A stretch of 64,000 nucleotides of DNA from Octopus bimaculoides. Taxonomy: Eukaryota. The stretch covers positions 81,094,735 to 81,158,734 of the forward strand of contig NC_068990.1 in assembly GCF_001194135.2 (NCBI RefSeq). The letters run 5' to 3'. How positions within the stretch are numbered: position 1 is the first letter of the stretch; every line of letters starts with the position of its first letter. Below the pieces are notes generated by a model that did not search any database, was not told the DNA's origin, and saw only the letters and a program-made list of their open reading frames with translations. A program made the position numbers and the translations under genes. Positions 25,839-39,019 of this stretch are shown one piece after another.

Positions 25839-28204
25839 ATAAATAATACATACATATATATATATGTTTGTGTATATATNNNNNNNNNNNNNNNNNNNNN
25901 NNNNNNNNNNNNNNNNNNNNNNNNNNNNNNNNNNNNNNNNNNNNNNNNNNNNNNNNNNNNNNNNNNNNNNNNNNNNNNNNNNNNNNNNNNNNNNNNNNNN
26001 NNNNNNNNNNNNNNNNNNNNNNNNNNNNNNNNNNNNNNNNNNNNNNNNNNNNNNNNNNNNNNNNNNNNNNNNNNNNNNNNNNNNNNNNNNNNNNNNNNNN
26101 NNNNNNNNNNNNNNNNNNNNNNNNNNNNNNNNNNNNNNNNNNNNNNNNNNNNNNNNNNNNNNNNNNNNNNNNNNNNNNNNNNNNNNNNNNNNNNNNNNNN
26201 NNNNNNNNNNNNNNNNNNNNNNNNNNNNNNNNNNNNNNNNNNNNNNNNNNNNNNNNNNNNNNNNNNNNNNNNNNNNNNNNNNNNNNNNNNNNNNNNNNNN
26301 NNNNNNNNNNNNNNNNNNNNNNNNNNNNNNNNNNNNNNNNNNNNNNNNNNNNNNNNNNNNNNNNNNNNNNNNNNNNNNNNNNNNNNNNNNNNNNNNNNNN
26401 NNNNNNNNNNNNNNNNNNNNNNNNNNNNNNNNNNNNNNNNNNNNNNNNNNNNNNNNNNNNNNNNNNNNNNNATATATATACGTATATATATATACATATA
26501 TATATATATATGAATTAATATATTCATATACATATATATATATATGTCAATGAAACGATACGGATGTTAGACAACTACAACAGTACCAACAACAGCAGCG
26601 GCAGCAGCAGTAGCAGCAGTAGCAGCAGTGGCAACAGTTTGCAGCGGCAATAAATACAACCGCCAACATCCATCAGATTGGAGTGCAATGCGCTTTTTCA
26701 CTTGAGTCGTTGAGATCAAAGTCGTGTTATCACACCGGTTTTTCAGAAGAATCGGTCTTTGATGCTTACCGCCCTTTAATCCAGAAAACTCACTCTACTT
26801 CGACGTCGTTCGATGCAATATTTTTGTGTGAGCAACAAACGTTCAGAAGTTTAAATGTCTAGTATCTGTTTTGTGCAATATGTCAATTATTAATTTGTGT
26901 GGAATTACTATGGAGACCGAGTGGATACGGTGTTTGACTTAACTTTCACTTTCTGTTTGCAACGTACTTCTAACAGTGAGTTTGGTATTGAGCACTTTTT
27001 ATGGCTATGTCCCATAGAATACACAGTATATGAACACATTCATATAAATATGTTCATATGCGTTTGCGTGCGAGTGTAATTTGTGTTTCTATACGTGTAT
27101 GTGTGTACGTACGTGTGCATGTTTGTGCAAGTGTATGTATGTCTTAATATATATATATATATATANNNNNNNNNNNNNNNNNNNNNNNNNNNNNNNNNNN
27201 NNNNNNNNNNNNNNNNNNNNNNNNNNNNNNNNNNNNNNNNNNNNNNNNNNNNNNNNNNNNNNNNNNNNNNNNNNNNNNNNNNNNNNNNNNNNNNNNNNNN
27301 NNNNNNNNNNNNNNNNNNNNNNNNNNNNNNNNNNNNNNNNNNNNNNNNNNNNNNNNNNNNNNNNNNNNNNNNNNNNNNNNNNNNNNNNNNNNNNNNNNNN
27401 NNNNNNNNNNNNNNNNNNNNNNNNNNNNNNNNNNNNNNNNNNNNNNNNNNTATGTGTGTGTGTGTGTGCTAATGCATGGAAGAAACACTCAGAGTGCGCT
27501 GCATTCCGTTACTTATTAAGTGAAAAAATAAAGAGTAAATGCAGAAACGAAAAACGCTCAATGGAAAGTTAAAAAACATTAAATTCACAGACGAACGAAA
27601 AACAGACACAGAAGGTCCTTAATCCCTTATCAGTTATCGACCGAAGGTAACGACGCAATTTCGTGTTTTTAACGATAGGATCAATTCCCAGCTGGGGTAT
27701 CTGCAAGAATCACAGAGAATATTGGCTCGAGAACAAACAAACAATTCATGGATAACAAGCGATACAGAAGTGGAGATACGAAAATGATTAACTGTAATTC
27801 AAGACGGACGGACGAGGCACAAATACGAAATAAATAAATAAGCAAACGAACAAAATGCAGCCTTAAGGCCAGATGAAGGCAGAACATGAGTAACGCTTAG
27901 AGGTAAATCCTAAAGAATTGGAAACAGGACAACAGAATGAAGTGGAGACTAGAGAATTTACGACCGGTTACCTTAACGACTGGTGTAAAAAAGGAGAGAG
28001 AAAAAAGAGAAAAAAGGTTGACCATGGGTCACGTTTCTGCAGCAGGCAGAGGAGAAAGAGAGCGAGAGAGGGAGAGGGAGAGAGAAAAGGAGGAGAGGGA
28101 GAAAGAAAAGGGAAAAGAAGAAAAGCAAGAAATAGAAGTCGCACGATACATCAATAACTTACGCAATTTTTTCTAAGCGTCAAAAACTAATATACTCTAT
28201 TTGT

Positions 28205-28238
<34 letters not shown>

Positions 28239-28354
28239 CCGAATGTTGGTGGGAGCTTATTTCACTGGATAAACGATGTATAGAGTGTGTAGGTTATATA
28301 ATTTGATTGATAGTATCTTGCGTAGAATGAGAGCTGTTACTTGCAAGACTTATT

Positions 28355-28565
28355 GAGCCGGCAGAATCGTAGCACGCCCGGGTGAAATGCTTAGCGGTAT
28401 TTCATCTGCCGCTACGTTCTCAGTTCAAATTCCACCGAGGTCAACTTTGCCTTTCATCCTTTCGGGGTCGATTAAATAAGTACCAGTTACACACTGGGGT
28501 CGATATAATCGACTTTAATCCGTTGTCTGTCCTTGTTTAGCCCCTTGTGGGCAATAAAGAAATAA
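28355..28565 (+). mobile_element. SINE family C, long-tail variant
   Basis: ggcagaatcgtagcacgcccgggtgaaatgcttagcggtat...gccccttgtgggcaataaagaaataa, followed by (AAT)n(ATT)n. Confidence 0.9.
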
Positions 28566-30287
28566 TAATAATAATAATTATTATTATTATTATTATTATT
28601 ACTATTATTATTATTATTATTATTGTTATCTTTAAGCGCTCGCGTTCTTGTGTGTGTGTGTGTGTGCATATGTGGTGTGCACGTGTGTAAATACAAGGCA
28701 TAGGAATGACATAATCGTCAGAGCATGGAGCATAATGCTTTCTTAGTTTTTACCTACATCCCTTTCTCTACACATCCCGTCGAAATCGACTTTGCTTTCC
28801 TTTCATCTTCCACGAGTCGATAAAATAATGAAGCAGTCAAGCTCGGGATTCGATACGATTGACTACTCTTCTCTCCAAATTTAAATGTTTTGTGCCTACT
28901 TCAAGAATCAATGTTTTTAATACAGTCGCCCGTGGGAAATCAATATTCGTTTTGAACGATCGTAATCGTTGATGTTTGAGTCGACATCAGTTTATCGATG
29001 TAATAAATCCTACAAGCCTTATAAAAATAGTCACGTATACCACTTCGCTGACATTACTCTTCTTCATCTCCTCCGCAACTTCATTTCCATATGAAACCTC
29101 TTTGATCCTCGTATTTATACTTTAAACACAATAAAGCAATTTTGAAGGAAGATGGTTCATCGATACCATCTGCCCTATTGTTTTATTGTTATCATATCTT
29201 ATAGAACTCAATGGGTGAAAGGTAAATTTGACTTCGGCGAGATTCGAACGAATACCGCAAGGTATTTTTCCGATACACACACACACACACACANNNNNNN
29301 NNNNNNNNNNNNNNNNNNNNNNNNNNNNNNNNNNNNNNNNNNNNNNNNNNNNNNNNNNNNNNNNNNNNNNNNNNNNNNNNNNNNNNNNNNNNNNNNNNNN
29401 NNNNNNNNNNNNNNNNNNNNNNNNNNNNNNNNNNNNNNNNNNNNNNNNNNNNNNNNNNNNNNNNNNNNNNNNNNNNNNNNNNNNNNNNNNNNNNNNNNNN
29501 NNNNNNNNNNNNNNNNNNNNNNNNNNNNNNNNNNNNNNNNNNNNNNNNNNNNNNNNNNNNNNNNNNNNNNNNNNNNNNNNNNNNNNNNNNNNNNNNNNNN
29601 NNNNNNNNNNNNNNNNNNNNNNNNNNNNNNNNNNNNNNNNNNNNNNNNNNNNNNNNNNNNNNNNNNNNNNNNNNNNNNNNNNNNNNNNNNNNNNNNNNNN
29701 NNNNNNNNNNNNNNNNNNNNNNNNNNNNNNNNNNNNNNNNNNNNNNNNNNNNNNNNNNNNNNNNNNNNNNNNNNNNNNNNNNNNNNNNNNNNNNNNNNNN
29801 NNNNNNNNNNNNNNNNNNNNNNNNNNNNNNNNNNNNNNNNNNNNNNNNNNNNNNNNNNNNNNNNNNNNNNNNNNNNNNNNNNNNNNNNNNNNNNNNNNNN
29901 NNNNNNNNNNNNNNNNNNNNNNNNNNNNNNNNNNNNNNNNNNNNNNNNNNNNNNNNNNNNNNNNNNNNNNNNNNNNNNNNNNNNNNNNNNNNNNNNNNNN
30001 NNNNNNNNNNNNNNNNNNNNNNNNNNNNNNNNNNNNNNNNNNNNNNNNNNNNNNNNNNNNNNNNNNNNNNNNNNNNNNNNNNNNNNNNNNNNNNNNNNNN
30101 NNNNNNNNNNNNNNNNNNNNNNNNNNNNNNNNNNNNNNNNNNNNNNNNNNNNNNNNNNNNNNNNNNNNNNNNNNNNNNNNNNNNNNNNNNNNNNNNNNNN
30201 NNNNNNNNNNNNNNNNNNNNNNNNNNNNNNNNNNNNNNNNNNNNNNNNNNNNNNNNNNNNNNNNNNNNNNNNNNNNNNNNNNNNNNN

Positions 30288-30376
30288 ATTGAGCGAAAAC
30301 ACCTAAAAGCACTACGAGGCTCCGGCAGAGGATGGTGGCGAACCCTGCTGTACTCTTTCACCACAACTTTCTCTCA
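30288..30376 (+). mobile_element. SINE family A fragment emerging from a gap
   Basis: attgagcgaaaacacctaaaag...ggatggtggcgaaccctgctgtactctttcaccacaactttctctc. Confidence 0.85.
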
Positions 30377-31448
30377 ATTCTTCTTCTTGTTCTTGTTCTT
30401 GTTGTTCTTGTTCTTGTTCTTGTTCTTCTTCCTCTCTCTCTACCTCTCTTCCTCTCCCTCTTTTCCTCTTCCTCTCCCTCTCTTTCTCCCCCTCTCTTTC
30501 TTTCTCTCTCCCTCTTTCTCCTTCTCTCTCTCTTTTTCTCTCTCCCTTTCTCCCTGCCTCACTCCTTCAGAATGAGTATGAGAGGGTTGTGAGGGAATAC
30601 ACACATTGTCCTTATCCTCTAGAAAGGAAGCAAGATGGCTCACCTCTTTTCTTATCTACTTAGCTACATTATCCATTCAATGAAACTACGAAATATGGCG
30701 GGTGCGACAGACTGGTATGATGTATGTATAGGACTAACTAAAACAATGTTAAAATTTGAAACATTGAACACCAGCAATGCAGAAGTATGGAATATCCAAT
30801 GCAATGTAATAGAGATAAAAACTTCACGTTCGACCATCTAGGAACGAGGTGATGATTATCTGGACCAGGGCTGACATGAAGAAACTAATCCGCAATCAAT
30901 TGTAATTATTAAGGCAAGAAATTACGGGAAAATATTTTTAAAAACTGAAGAACAATGTAAATTTAGAGAAGAAGCCCTATAGAGTTAATCGCTAAATGGC
31001 GTATGGTAGGCTAGGTAAGTCTTATGAGTTCTCAACTAAACAAAAAATAAATGGCAATGCGATACTGTATAAATATATAGGTATCTAGATGGCTGTGTGA
31101 CAGAAAGTGTGAAAGAGGGAGACAGAGAAACAAATAGAGGCAGAATTAGAGAGAATATTCTTATCTCATCATTGCACTTTTATCGTTTCGTTTGCGCAAG
31201 CTCGGTATATACAGCTCATAATATATACAAATATAGGGCAGTTATATTTCATTGATTAGATTTAGCTAAGCATTCATTGGAGTTGATAACATTAACTAAT
31301 ATTAACATAGTCATTTCACACCTTTTATGTTAATATTTTCACATTTGTGTGTAGATATATTCCGACTGTCTACTGTATAGCCAATTTTAATTCCTACACA
31401 ATGAATTTTCCAGATACTGAATGTCGGTTCCATATTTCCAAAACATGC

Positions 31449-31498
<50 letters not shown>

Positions 31499-32048
31499 AC
31501 GGGTGTTTTTTATGATTGTGTATAGGAGAATATATTACTCAAAGAAATTCCAGCTTTGTCTTATTTTCGCGTTTTATTTACAATCTTATAAATAATATAA
31601 TGTATATATTATGATATAATATAATGAAATGATAGAATATTAAATGTCCATTCTGATTGAACTAGTACTTCCATGCATTAAACTATGCAATCTTCTGATT
31701 CATGTAGTAATGGTGAGAGTTATGTTTTACAATTTGCAACTTTCTCCTATCTGCTAAATGTATGTATGTATGTATGTATGTATGAAGCTTCTTGAACCGT
31801 GGTTCTAAGTTTTTTTTAGTTTCCCCCGTTGAAATCATTAATGAACGGCACCAGTGGTACAATAACGGGCTGAAAAAAAAGCCGTTGCAAACACGTCATA
31901 TTCTCGTCTATCTGTTGCCAATGGAATGTTATTTTCGTCACGGTGACTGGAAACAAACTCCCTATAACTATTAACATAAACATCAGCATATTTTATGATG
32001 GACAACTCAATCTAATGATTGTTAATTTTGTCGGGCAAACTATACATA

Positions 32049-32449
32049 CAGGGTGCGGTGAATTACGTCTAAATTACGCAAAAATGAAAATAACACTGAC
32101 GTCTCATTTTAACAGATATATTTACCAAAATTACATAAAAATATCTTGAAGTGCTGAAGAGTAATTTTATTCAATCCCTCTCGGTACATGCTTTGGGAAC
32201 ATGGCAAGCCGACGGTTATTCTGTGTGTTCACCTTCTGTTCGTATTGGAGTATGTGGTGCGAATGCCAAGCAGTACAGGCTGTTGCTTCCAAAATTCTGA
32301 TAGAGTGAATCGCGTCATGGTGTTGTTTTTCTCACAGACAGTGCCCAACTGACCCTACTATATTGTGTAGTCGACACAATCAAAAACAATCGAAGCGCAT
32401 GCATGAAATTAAAGATATGAAATTGTGACAATTTACCCATCGCACCTTG
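32049..32449. mobile_element. Tc1/mariner-type MITE
   Basis: Imperfect TIRs cagggtgcggtg (left) / cgcaccttg preceded by tttacccat (right); TA on both sides (32047-32048, 32450-32451). Confidence 0.7.
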
Positions 32450-33220
32450 TATATATGTTCGTATTTCGCTTGGGCATAGCCAGACTAATAACCTGAGGTA
32501 GAATTCAATATACGTATCTGAATGCTTTGCTACACCGCTTTTCAAACATATCTGGAAGTTCAACAAGGGTAAAATTAACATTCATAAAAAATGATTGGTT
32601 CTTTATAGAACATTGTCATCACTTTTTAGTAACAATTCCAGAAGATAGAATCTATTTCTTCGAGAAGCATAACATTCTGATGCTAGCATGCGTTAGCGGT
32701 TTGAAGCAAAAGATCTGAAATAGCCAATTTGTGCAAGCGATTCTATGACTGCCTACTGAAGAATTTCCAACTTGCAAATGAATAGCGCATTGTATTTCTT
32801 ACTTTCAGAATATCTTAAATATGAGACCACCCTCTAATGATGGTCGCATATTTTATGAAAAACATTCACTTATTCATCAGCAGTAAGAATTCATCTGCAA
32901 GATTCCCTTTACTTGCTCACGTGTATGTTTGCACATGGTACTAAAAAGTTGAATACATCATGCACATAATACTCAATAGATGGAGATATTGCATTTCTGC
33001 ACATAATAACAGATTAATGAAAATGTGATATGTTATCGAACGGATTATTTCGGAAACTATTCAAATCTCAATGTGTTGTTGAGCAATCATATATCAAAGT
33101 TTATGGAATAATTTTCCCTTACACGGTGTCGGCGTAATCCACGCCATCAATTGCCCGAACGATCGAAAATATATCGTAACATATGTAGAGAAATATTACA
33201 CATCCACTCCGCTGTCTCGT

Positions 33221-33603
33221 GGAGGCGCAATGGCCCAGTGGTTAGGGCAGCGGACTCGCGGTCATAGGATCGCGGTTTCGATTCCCAGACCGGACGTTGT
33301 GAGTGTTTATTGAGCGAAAACACCTAAAGTTCCACGAGGCTCCGGCAGGGGATGGTGGCGAACCCTGCTGTACTCTTCCACCACAACTTTCTCTCACTCT
33401 TACTTCCTGTTTCTGTTGTGCCTGTAATTCAAAGGGTCAGCCTTGTCACACTGTGTCACGCTGAATCTCTCCGAGAACTACGTGAAGGGTACACGTGTCT
33501 GTGGAGTGCTCAGCCACTTGCACGTTAATTTCACGAGCAGGCTGTTCCGTTGATCGGATCAACTGGAACCCTCGACGTCGTAAGCGACGGAGTGCCAACA
33601 AAA
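33221..33603 (+). mobile_element. SINE family A, best-preserved full-length copy
   Basis: Complete tRNA-Arg-like head (ggactcgcggtcataggatcgcggtttcgattcc); 13-bp TSD with 1 mismatch, actYcgctgtctc, at 33206-33218 and 33604-33616. Confidence 0.97.
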
Positions 33604-33704
33604 ACTTCGCTGTCTCATTCGATCAGACATTTCGTCAACTATAAAAGGCAGCAGGCTCCTTCCTTGTACATTGAAGTGTATATTTGATCAAAAGGCTCAT
33701 TTCC

Positions 33705-33736
<32 letters not shown>

Positions 33737-35069
33737 TTCTCTCATGATCTCTCTCTCTCTCTCCCTCCCTGTGTCGCTCACACACACGCACATATAAATT
33801 GACGTACATGTGTGTGTATGTAAATAAGAAAGAGCAATTTATCTGAATGTGTTATATTAAAGACACAATTATAGTCGAGTTTAGTCTTACGTATTAAATA
33901 TTTTACAGAATTTCTGACTATTGCTCTATACTTAATCTCGGACAACAGCGTTTCTAAATCTATTAGTTTATAGATGTTTGACATTTATTAGAATGACTTG
34001 ATCGTAATAATTCTTCCTACTACAGGTATAAAACCTGAGATTTTGAGAGAGGAGGCTAATCCATAACAAGGTTCGAAAGGTATTTGTATTTTCAACCCTG
34101 AAGGGATGAAAGGCAATTTAAACAGAATATGAAATCGTGGTAACAATCCTACCAGCTCGTCGCTTCTGGTCGTAATAAGGGCGATCATAATAATGATGGG
34201 ATATTCTGCGTTATAAATTCAGTCGAATAGGATCATGGAAACACTGTTATGGCTGCACAACAGAAGATTGTCTTGTCGTTAAGGCATACAGGATTCAAAA
34301 GGAGGAACCCAACACATGAGTTAGCAGCGTGGATATGCTCTAATGTTTCATGACTTAGCTCGGAGCCTGTGCTTTAAGTGATAACTCGAGAGAATAGGAG
34401 TCTAGCAGAATAAACTGTAACTAAATCAGCTGAAGGAAACGAGAAATCGCTGCTGTATCTTTCCTGGCAATAATCACGAATATTTGGAACTGGCGTCGAA
34501 ATCCATGATCAGTGAGGCATTTATGTATGCCCCGTGAAGAGAGAGAAATGAAAGGCATGCAAGCAACAAAATGCAAACCAAAAATCGAAAGATAAATCAC
34601 AGTAAAATAAGTCATAACATCTATCAGGACTTGAGAGCTGCATAATTTGACAACATAGTATCGAAAATTTTGTCAGATATAACAGAATGCGCAAGATCAT
34701 TAGCGGTTTGCTGAATAGCGTACGAACAACACACCGCTAAAACCTTCATTTCGTTCTAATAATGAGACCAGGAATGTCTCAAAACGTCAAATGGACAAAT
34801 AGATTTAGAAATCTAGTGTTGGAAATTAAACATAGAGGGCTAATTAGGTAATATTACAAATGCTTAGTTAATATGTATAACCGTTATGACTTCAATTTCT
34901 AAACTGGACATTCAACTACGAGACTGTCTCGTCTGCTTACCTTACACAACCAAACACTGAGCAGTTAAAAGGGACAACGTCATTCCAAACAAAACAAAAC
35001 TACATAGGAAAGCCCAAGTAAATAAAACATTTATAATAGGCGCAGGATTGGCTGTGTGGTAAGTATATT

Positions 35070-35225
35070 TATTTTCTCTGTGTGTATTTGCTCGTGTTCC
35101 TTTCTGTTGAAGAGCGTAGGCTCGAAACGTAAAAGACTTTTTCAGCTTCCCGAGCGTCAAACTAATGCACCTGCTTGTTGTTTATACATCTGTCGTCATC
35201 TTTTGATTTTCTGTAAATTTCAACA
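35070..35225 (+). mobile_element. Penelope-like terminal repeat fragment with hammerhead-like motif
   Basis: ttcctttctgttgaagagcgtaggctcgaaacgtaaaagac...ccgagcgtcaaactaat; second copy at about 56325-56459. The GAAGAG..CTCGAAACGT signature is typical of PLE pseudo-LTRs. Confidence 0.55.
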
Positions 35226-35290
<65 letters not shown>

Positions 35291-35528
35291 CAGAGAGACA
35301 GACATACAGAAAGACAGACAGGCACATTGAGTGATAGATAGATTGATACAGTGTTAAAACATTTTAAAGAGTGATCGGCAGATCGTGGAACGGTTCATCA
35401 GGAAACTCGCGTCTCCTTATGCACATCAAAAGCAACGCATGAACATTCTTACACAATTCTTACTTTAACGACAGACAGGCTTCGTAACATTTAAATTTAT
35501 TACACTTCTAGAGATTCCTGCTGTGTTA

Positions 35529-35576
<48 letters not shown>

Positions 35577-36535
35577 NNNNNNNNNNNNNNNNNNNNNNNN
35601 NNNNNNNNNNNNNNNNNNNNNNNNNNNNNNNNNNNNNNNNNNNNNNNNNNNNNNNNNNNNNNNNNNNNNNNNNNNNNNNNNNNNNNNNNNNNNNNNNNNN
35701 NNNNNNNNNNNNNNNNNNNNNNNNNNNNNNNNNNNNNNNNNNNNNNNNNNNNNNNNNNNNNNNNNNNNNNNNNNNNNNNNNNNNNNNNNNNNNNNNNNNN
35801 NNNNNNNNNNNNNNNNNNNNNNNNNNNNNNNNNNNNNNNNNNNNNNNNNNNNNNNNNNNNNNNNNNNNNNNNNNNNNNNNNNNNNNNNNNNNNNNNNNNN
35901 NNNNNNNNNNNNNNNNNNNNNNNNNNNNNNNNNNNNNNNNNNNNNNNNNNNNNNNNNNNNNNNNNNNNNNNNNNNNNNNNNNNNNNNNNNNNNNNNNNNN
36001 NNNNNNNNNNNNNNNNNNNNNNNNNNNNNNNNNNNNNNNNNNNNNNNNNNNNNNNNNNNNNNNNNNNNNNNNNNNNNNNNNNNNNNNNNNNNNNNNNNNN
36101 NNNNNNNNNNNNNNNNNNNNNNNNNNNNNNNNNNNNNNNNNNNNNNNNNNNNNNNNNNNNNNNNNNNNNNNNNNNNNNNNNNNNNNNNNNNNNNNNNNNN
36201 NNNNNNNNNNNNNNNNNNNNNNNNNNNNNNNNNNNNNNNNNNNNNNNNNNNNNNNNNNNNNNNNNNNNNNNNNNNNNNNNNNNNNNNNNNNNNNNNNNNN
36301 NNNNNNNNNNNNNNNNNNNNNNNNNNNNNNNNNNNNNNNNNNNNNNNNNNNNNNNNNNNNNNNNNNNNNNNNNNNNNNNNNNNNNNNNNNNNNNNNNNNN
36401 NNNNNNNNNNNNNNNNNNNNNNNNNNNNNNNNNNNNNNNNNNNNNNNNNNNNNNNNNNNNNNNNNNNNNNTATATTTGTACGTATATATATATTTATGTA
36501 TATATGTGTGTGTATATATATATGCATATATATGT

Positions 36536-36740
36536 ATTTTATTTTTACTTGTTTCAGTCATTTGACTGCGGCCATGCTGGAGCACCGGTTTATAGTCGAG
36601 TAAATCGACCCTAGAGCTTATTCTTTGTAAGCTTAGTACTTATTCTATCGATCTCTGAAGCCGAACCGCTAAGCTACGGGGACGCAAACACACCAGAATC
36701 GGTTGTCAAGTGATGCTGGGGGGAACAAACAGACACACAA

Positions 36741-36789
<49 letters not shown>

Positions 36790-36897
36790 NNNNNNNNNNA
36801 GGTTATAGTAAAAGACATTTGCCCAAGGTGCCACACAGCGGGACTAAACCTGGGACCATGTGGTTGGTAAGCAAGCTACTTACCACACAGCCACTCC
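36536..36897 (-). mobile_element. SINE family B with small gap at the internal (CA)n
   Basis: ttttacttgtttcagtcatttgactgcggccatgctggagcacc...acttaccacacagccactcc. Confidence 0.9.
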
Positions 36898-36951
36898 ATG
36901 TATATATATGTGTGTGTTGTGTGTGTGGGTGTGTGTGTACACACATACGTA

Positions 36952-37726
36952 CACTGCGTTCCAAAAGTCGCTGATGGGTTTCAATTTTCAATAACTTCCT
37001 TAACTCTACAAATAAATGCATGAAAGTTTGGTACAATATAAAGGATATAATGGAAGCTGATATGCACAAGTCAAATTTTGCAACACTACTACACCACATA
37101 TGAAAAATGACATCGCTTAAATGGTAGCCATTTTCGGAATCGCACGCCCGTGCTCTTTCCGAACCTTGCACCATAACACTCTCAGTTGTTTCAGACCTCA
37201 TTTCTCTGATTTCTCAAATCCGGACTAGTCACGTCTGGAGAACCTGAAGGCCAATTGACATTGCCGTAGCGGGAGATTATTCTCTCTCCAAAGCACTGCC
37301 GTAGCAACTGCATTATTTCTCTTGCGGTATGAGCAGTTGCTCCGTCTTGCTGGAACTAACCTTCACGTTCCTCAGACTTGACGCGCCCGAATTTTTTCTT
37401 GTGGAGATACCTGAAAGAGAGGGGTTTACGTCAACAAACCAGAGACCCTGGTGCAGCTGAAGGAGAACATCAATAGCGAAATCAGAGAAGTGGGGTCTGA
37501 AACTCTTGAGAGTGTTATGGTGCAGGTTTTGGAAAGAAGCTGAAAATGGCTGCCTTTTAAGTGATGTAATTTTTTTTAATATGGTGTACTGGTGTTGCAA
37601 AATTTGACTTGTACATATTAATTTCCATGATGTCCTTTATATTGTATCAAAATTTCATGCATTTATTTGTATATTTAAGGAAGATATTAAAAATTGAAAC
37701 CCATCAGTTACTTTTGGGACACCCTG
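36952..37726. mobile_element. Non-autonomous Tc1/mariner (maT/DD37D-like) element formed from two inverted transposase 3' halves
   Basis: Minus arm encodes FQQDGATAHTAREIMQLLRQCFGERIISRYGNVNWPSGSPDVTSPDF..SETTESVMVQGSERAR..ENGYHLSDVIF; plus arm encodes PSRSSDLTRPNFFLWRYLKER, then after a frameshift VNKPETLVQLKENINSEIREVGSETLESVMVQVLER. About 270-bp inverted arms; TA at 36950-36951 and 37727-37728. Confidence 0.9.
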
Positions 37727-38440
37727 TATACACACACACACAAATATACACATACATACAACGCGCGCGTGTGTGTGTTTCTGTTCGTGCCTGCACGCGT
37801 ACTTACGCGTGTGTACCGAACACGCGAATGAACGCGCGTGTGCGCTTACGTTTGTAAACAAAACAGCCTTTATGATTAGCAATAAATAAGCTGTCTCAAA
37901 TTTCTTACAGAAATTATTATTTTTTTAGGCCAACATCTGTTCTGTTCATGCAGGCCTCTAAACAGAATACTTCAACCATATTAACATCGTTTCATAATCA
38001 ACTATAATATATGTGAAACTGCATTCTCCAATACCTATTTTGTTTTCACATCAATACGTTGTTTTCGACGTAAACTTTGTTGTTATTTCTTGAAGGTCGA
38101 TGTTCTCGTATTGGGATATAAATCGTCTAAATATGTTAATGTCTGACTTAATTGCCAACAAACAATTGCTTAATTCTTACTGCACCACAGCTAATTGAAA
38201 GACAACTAGTTTAAATGGAGAATTTCGGTTGTTAAACAATTTGGATGTTAGGCGGTACAAAAGAAAATGCTTAAGCACAAGTCAAATTTACAGTTGCGTC
38301 AGTGTGGTTAGTATGATTAGGTCATTCAGTATACAGTATATTATGTAAATGTAGGAGTGTGCTCGTGTATATATATATATATATATATAATTACATATAT
38401 ACACACGCATATTTATTCATATATATATGTTGTGTGTGTG

Positions 38441-38487
<47 letters not shown>

Positions 38488-38917
38488 NNNNNNNNNNNNN
38501 NNNNNNNNNNNNNNNNNNNNNNNNNNNNNNNNNNNNNNNNNNNNNNNNNNNNNNNNNNNNNNNNNNNNNNNNNNNNNNNNNNNNNNNNNNNNNNNNNNNN
38601 NNNNNNNNNNNNNNNNNNNNNNNNNNNNNNNNNNNNNNNNNNNNNNNNNNNNNNNNNNNNNNNNNNNNNNNNNNNNNNNNNNNNNNNNNNNNNNNNNNNN
38701 NNNNNNNNNNNNNNNNNNNNNNNNNNNNNNNNNNNNNNNNNNNNNNNNNNNNNNNNNNNNNNNNNNNNNNNNNNNNNNNNNNNNNNNNNNNNNNNNNNNN
38801 NNNNNNNNNNNNNNNNNNNNNNNNNNNNNNNNNNNNNNNNNNNNNNNNNNNNNNNNNNNNNNNNNNNNNNNNNNNNNNNNNNNNNNNNNNNNNNNNNNNN
38901 NNNNNNNNNNNNNNNNN

Positions 38918-38955
<38 letters not shown>

Positions 38956-38982
38956 ACTATAGCAATATACATACATGCATAT

Positions 38983-39019
<37 letters not shown>

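Noticed and set aside
32809-32882. Plus-strand candidate exon NILNMRPPSNDGRIFYEKHSLIHQ
   Set aside because: Isolated, with no homology or phase-linked neighbours.
33221-33295. tRNA-Arg-like sequence
   Set aside because: It is the head of a multi-copy SINE with TSDs; no intact acceptor stem, so it is not called as a tRNA gene.
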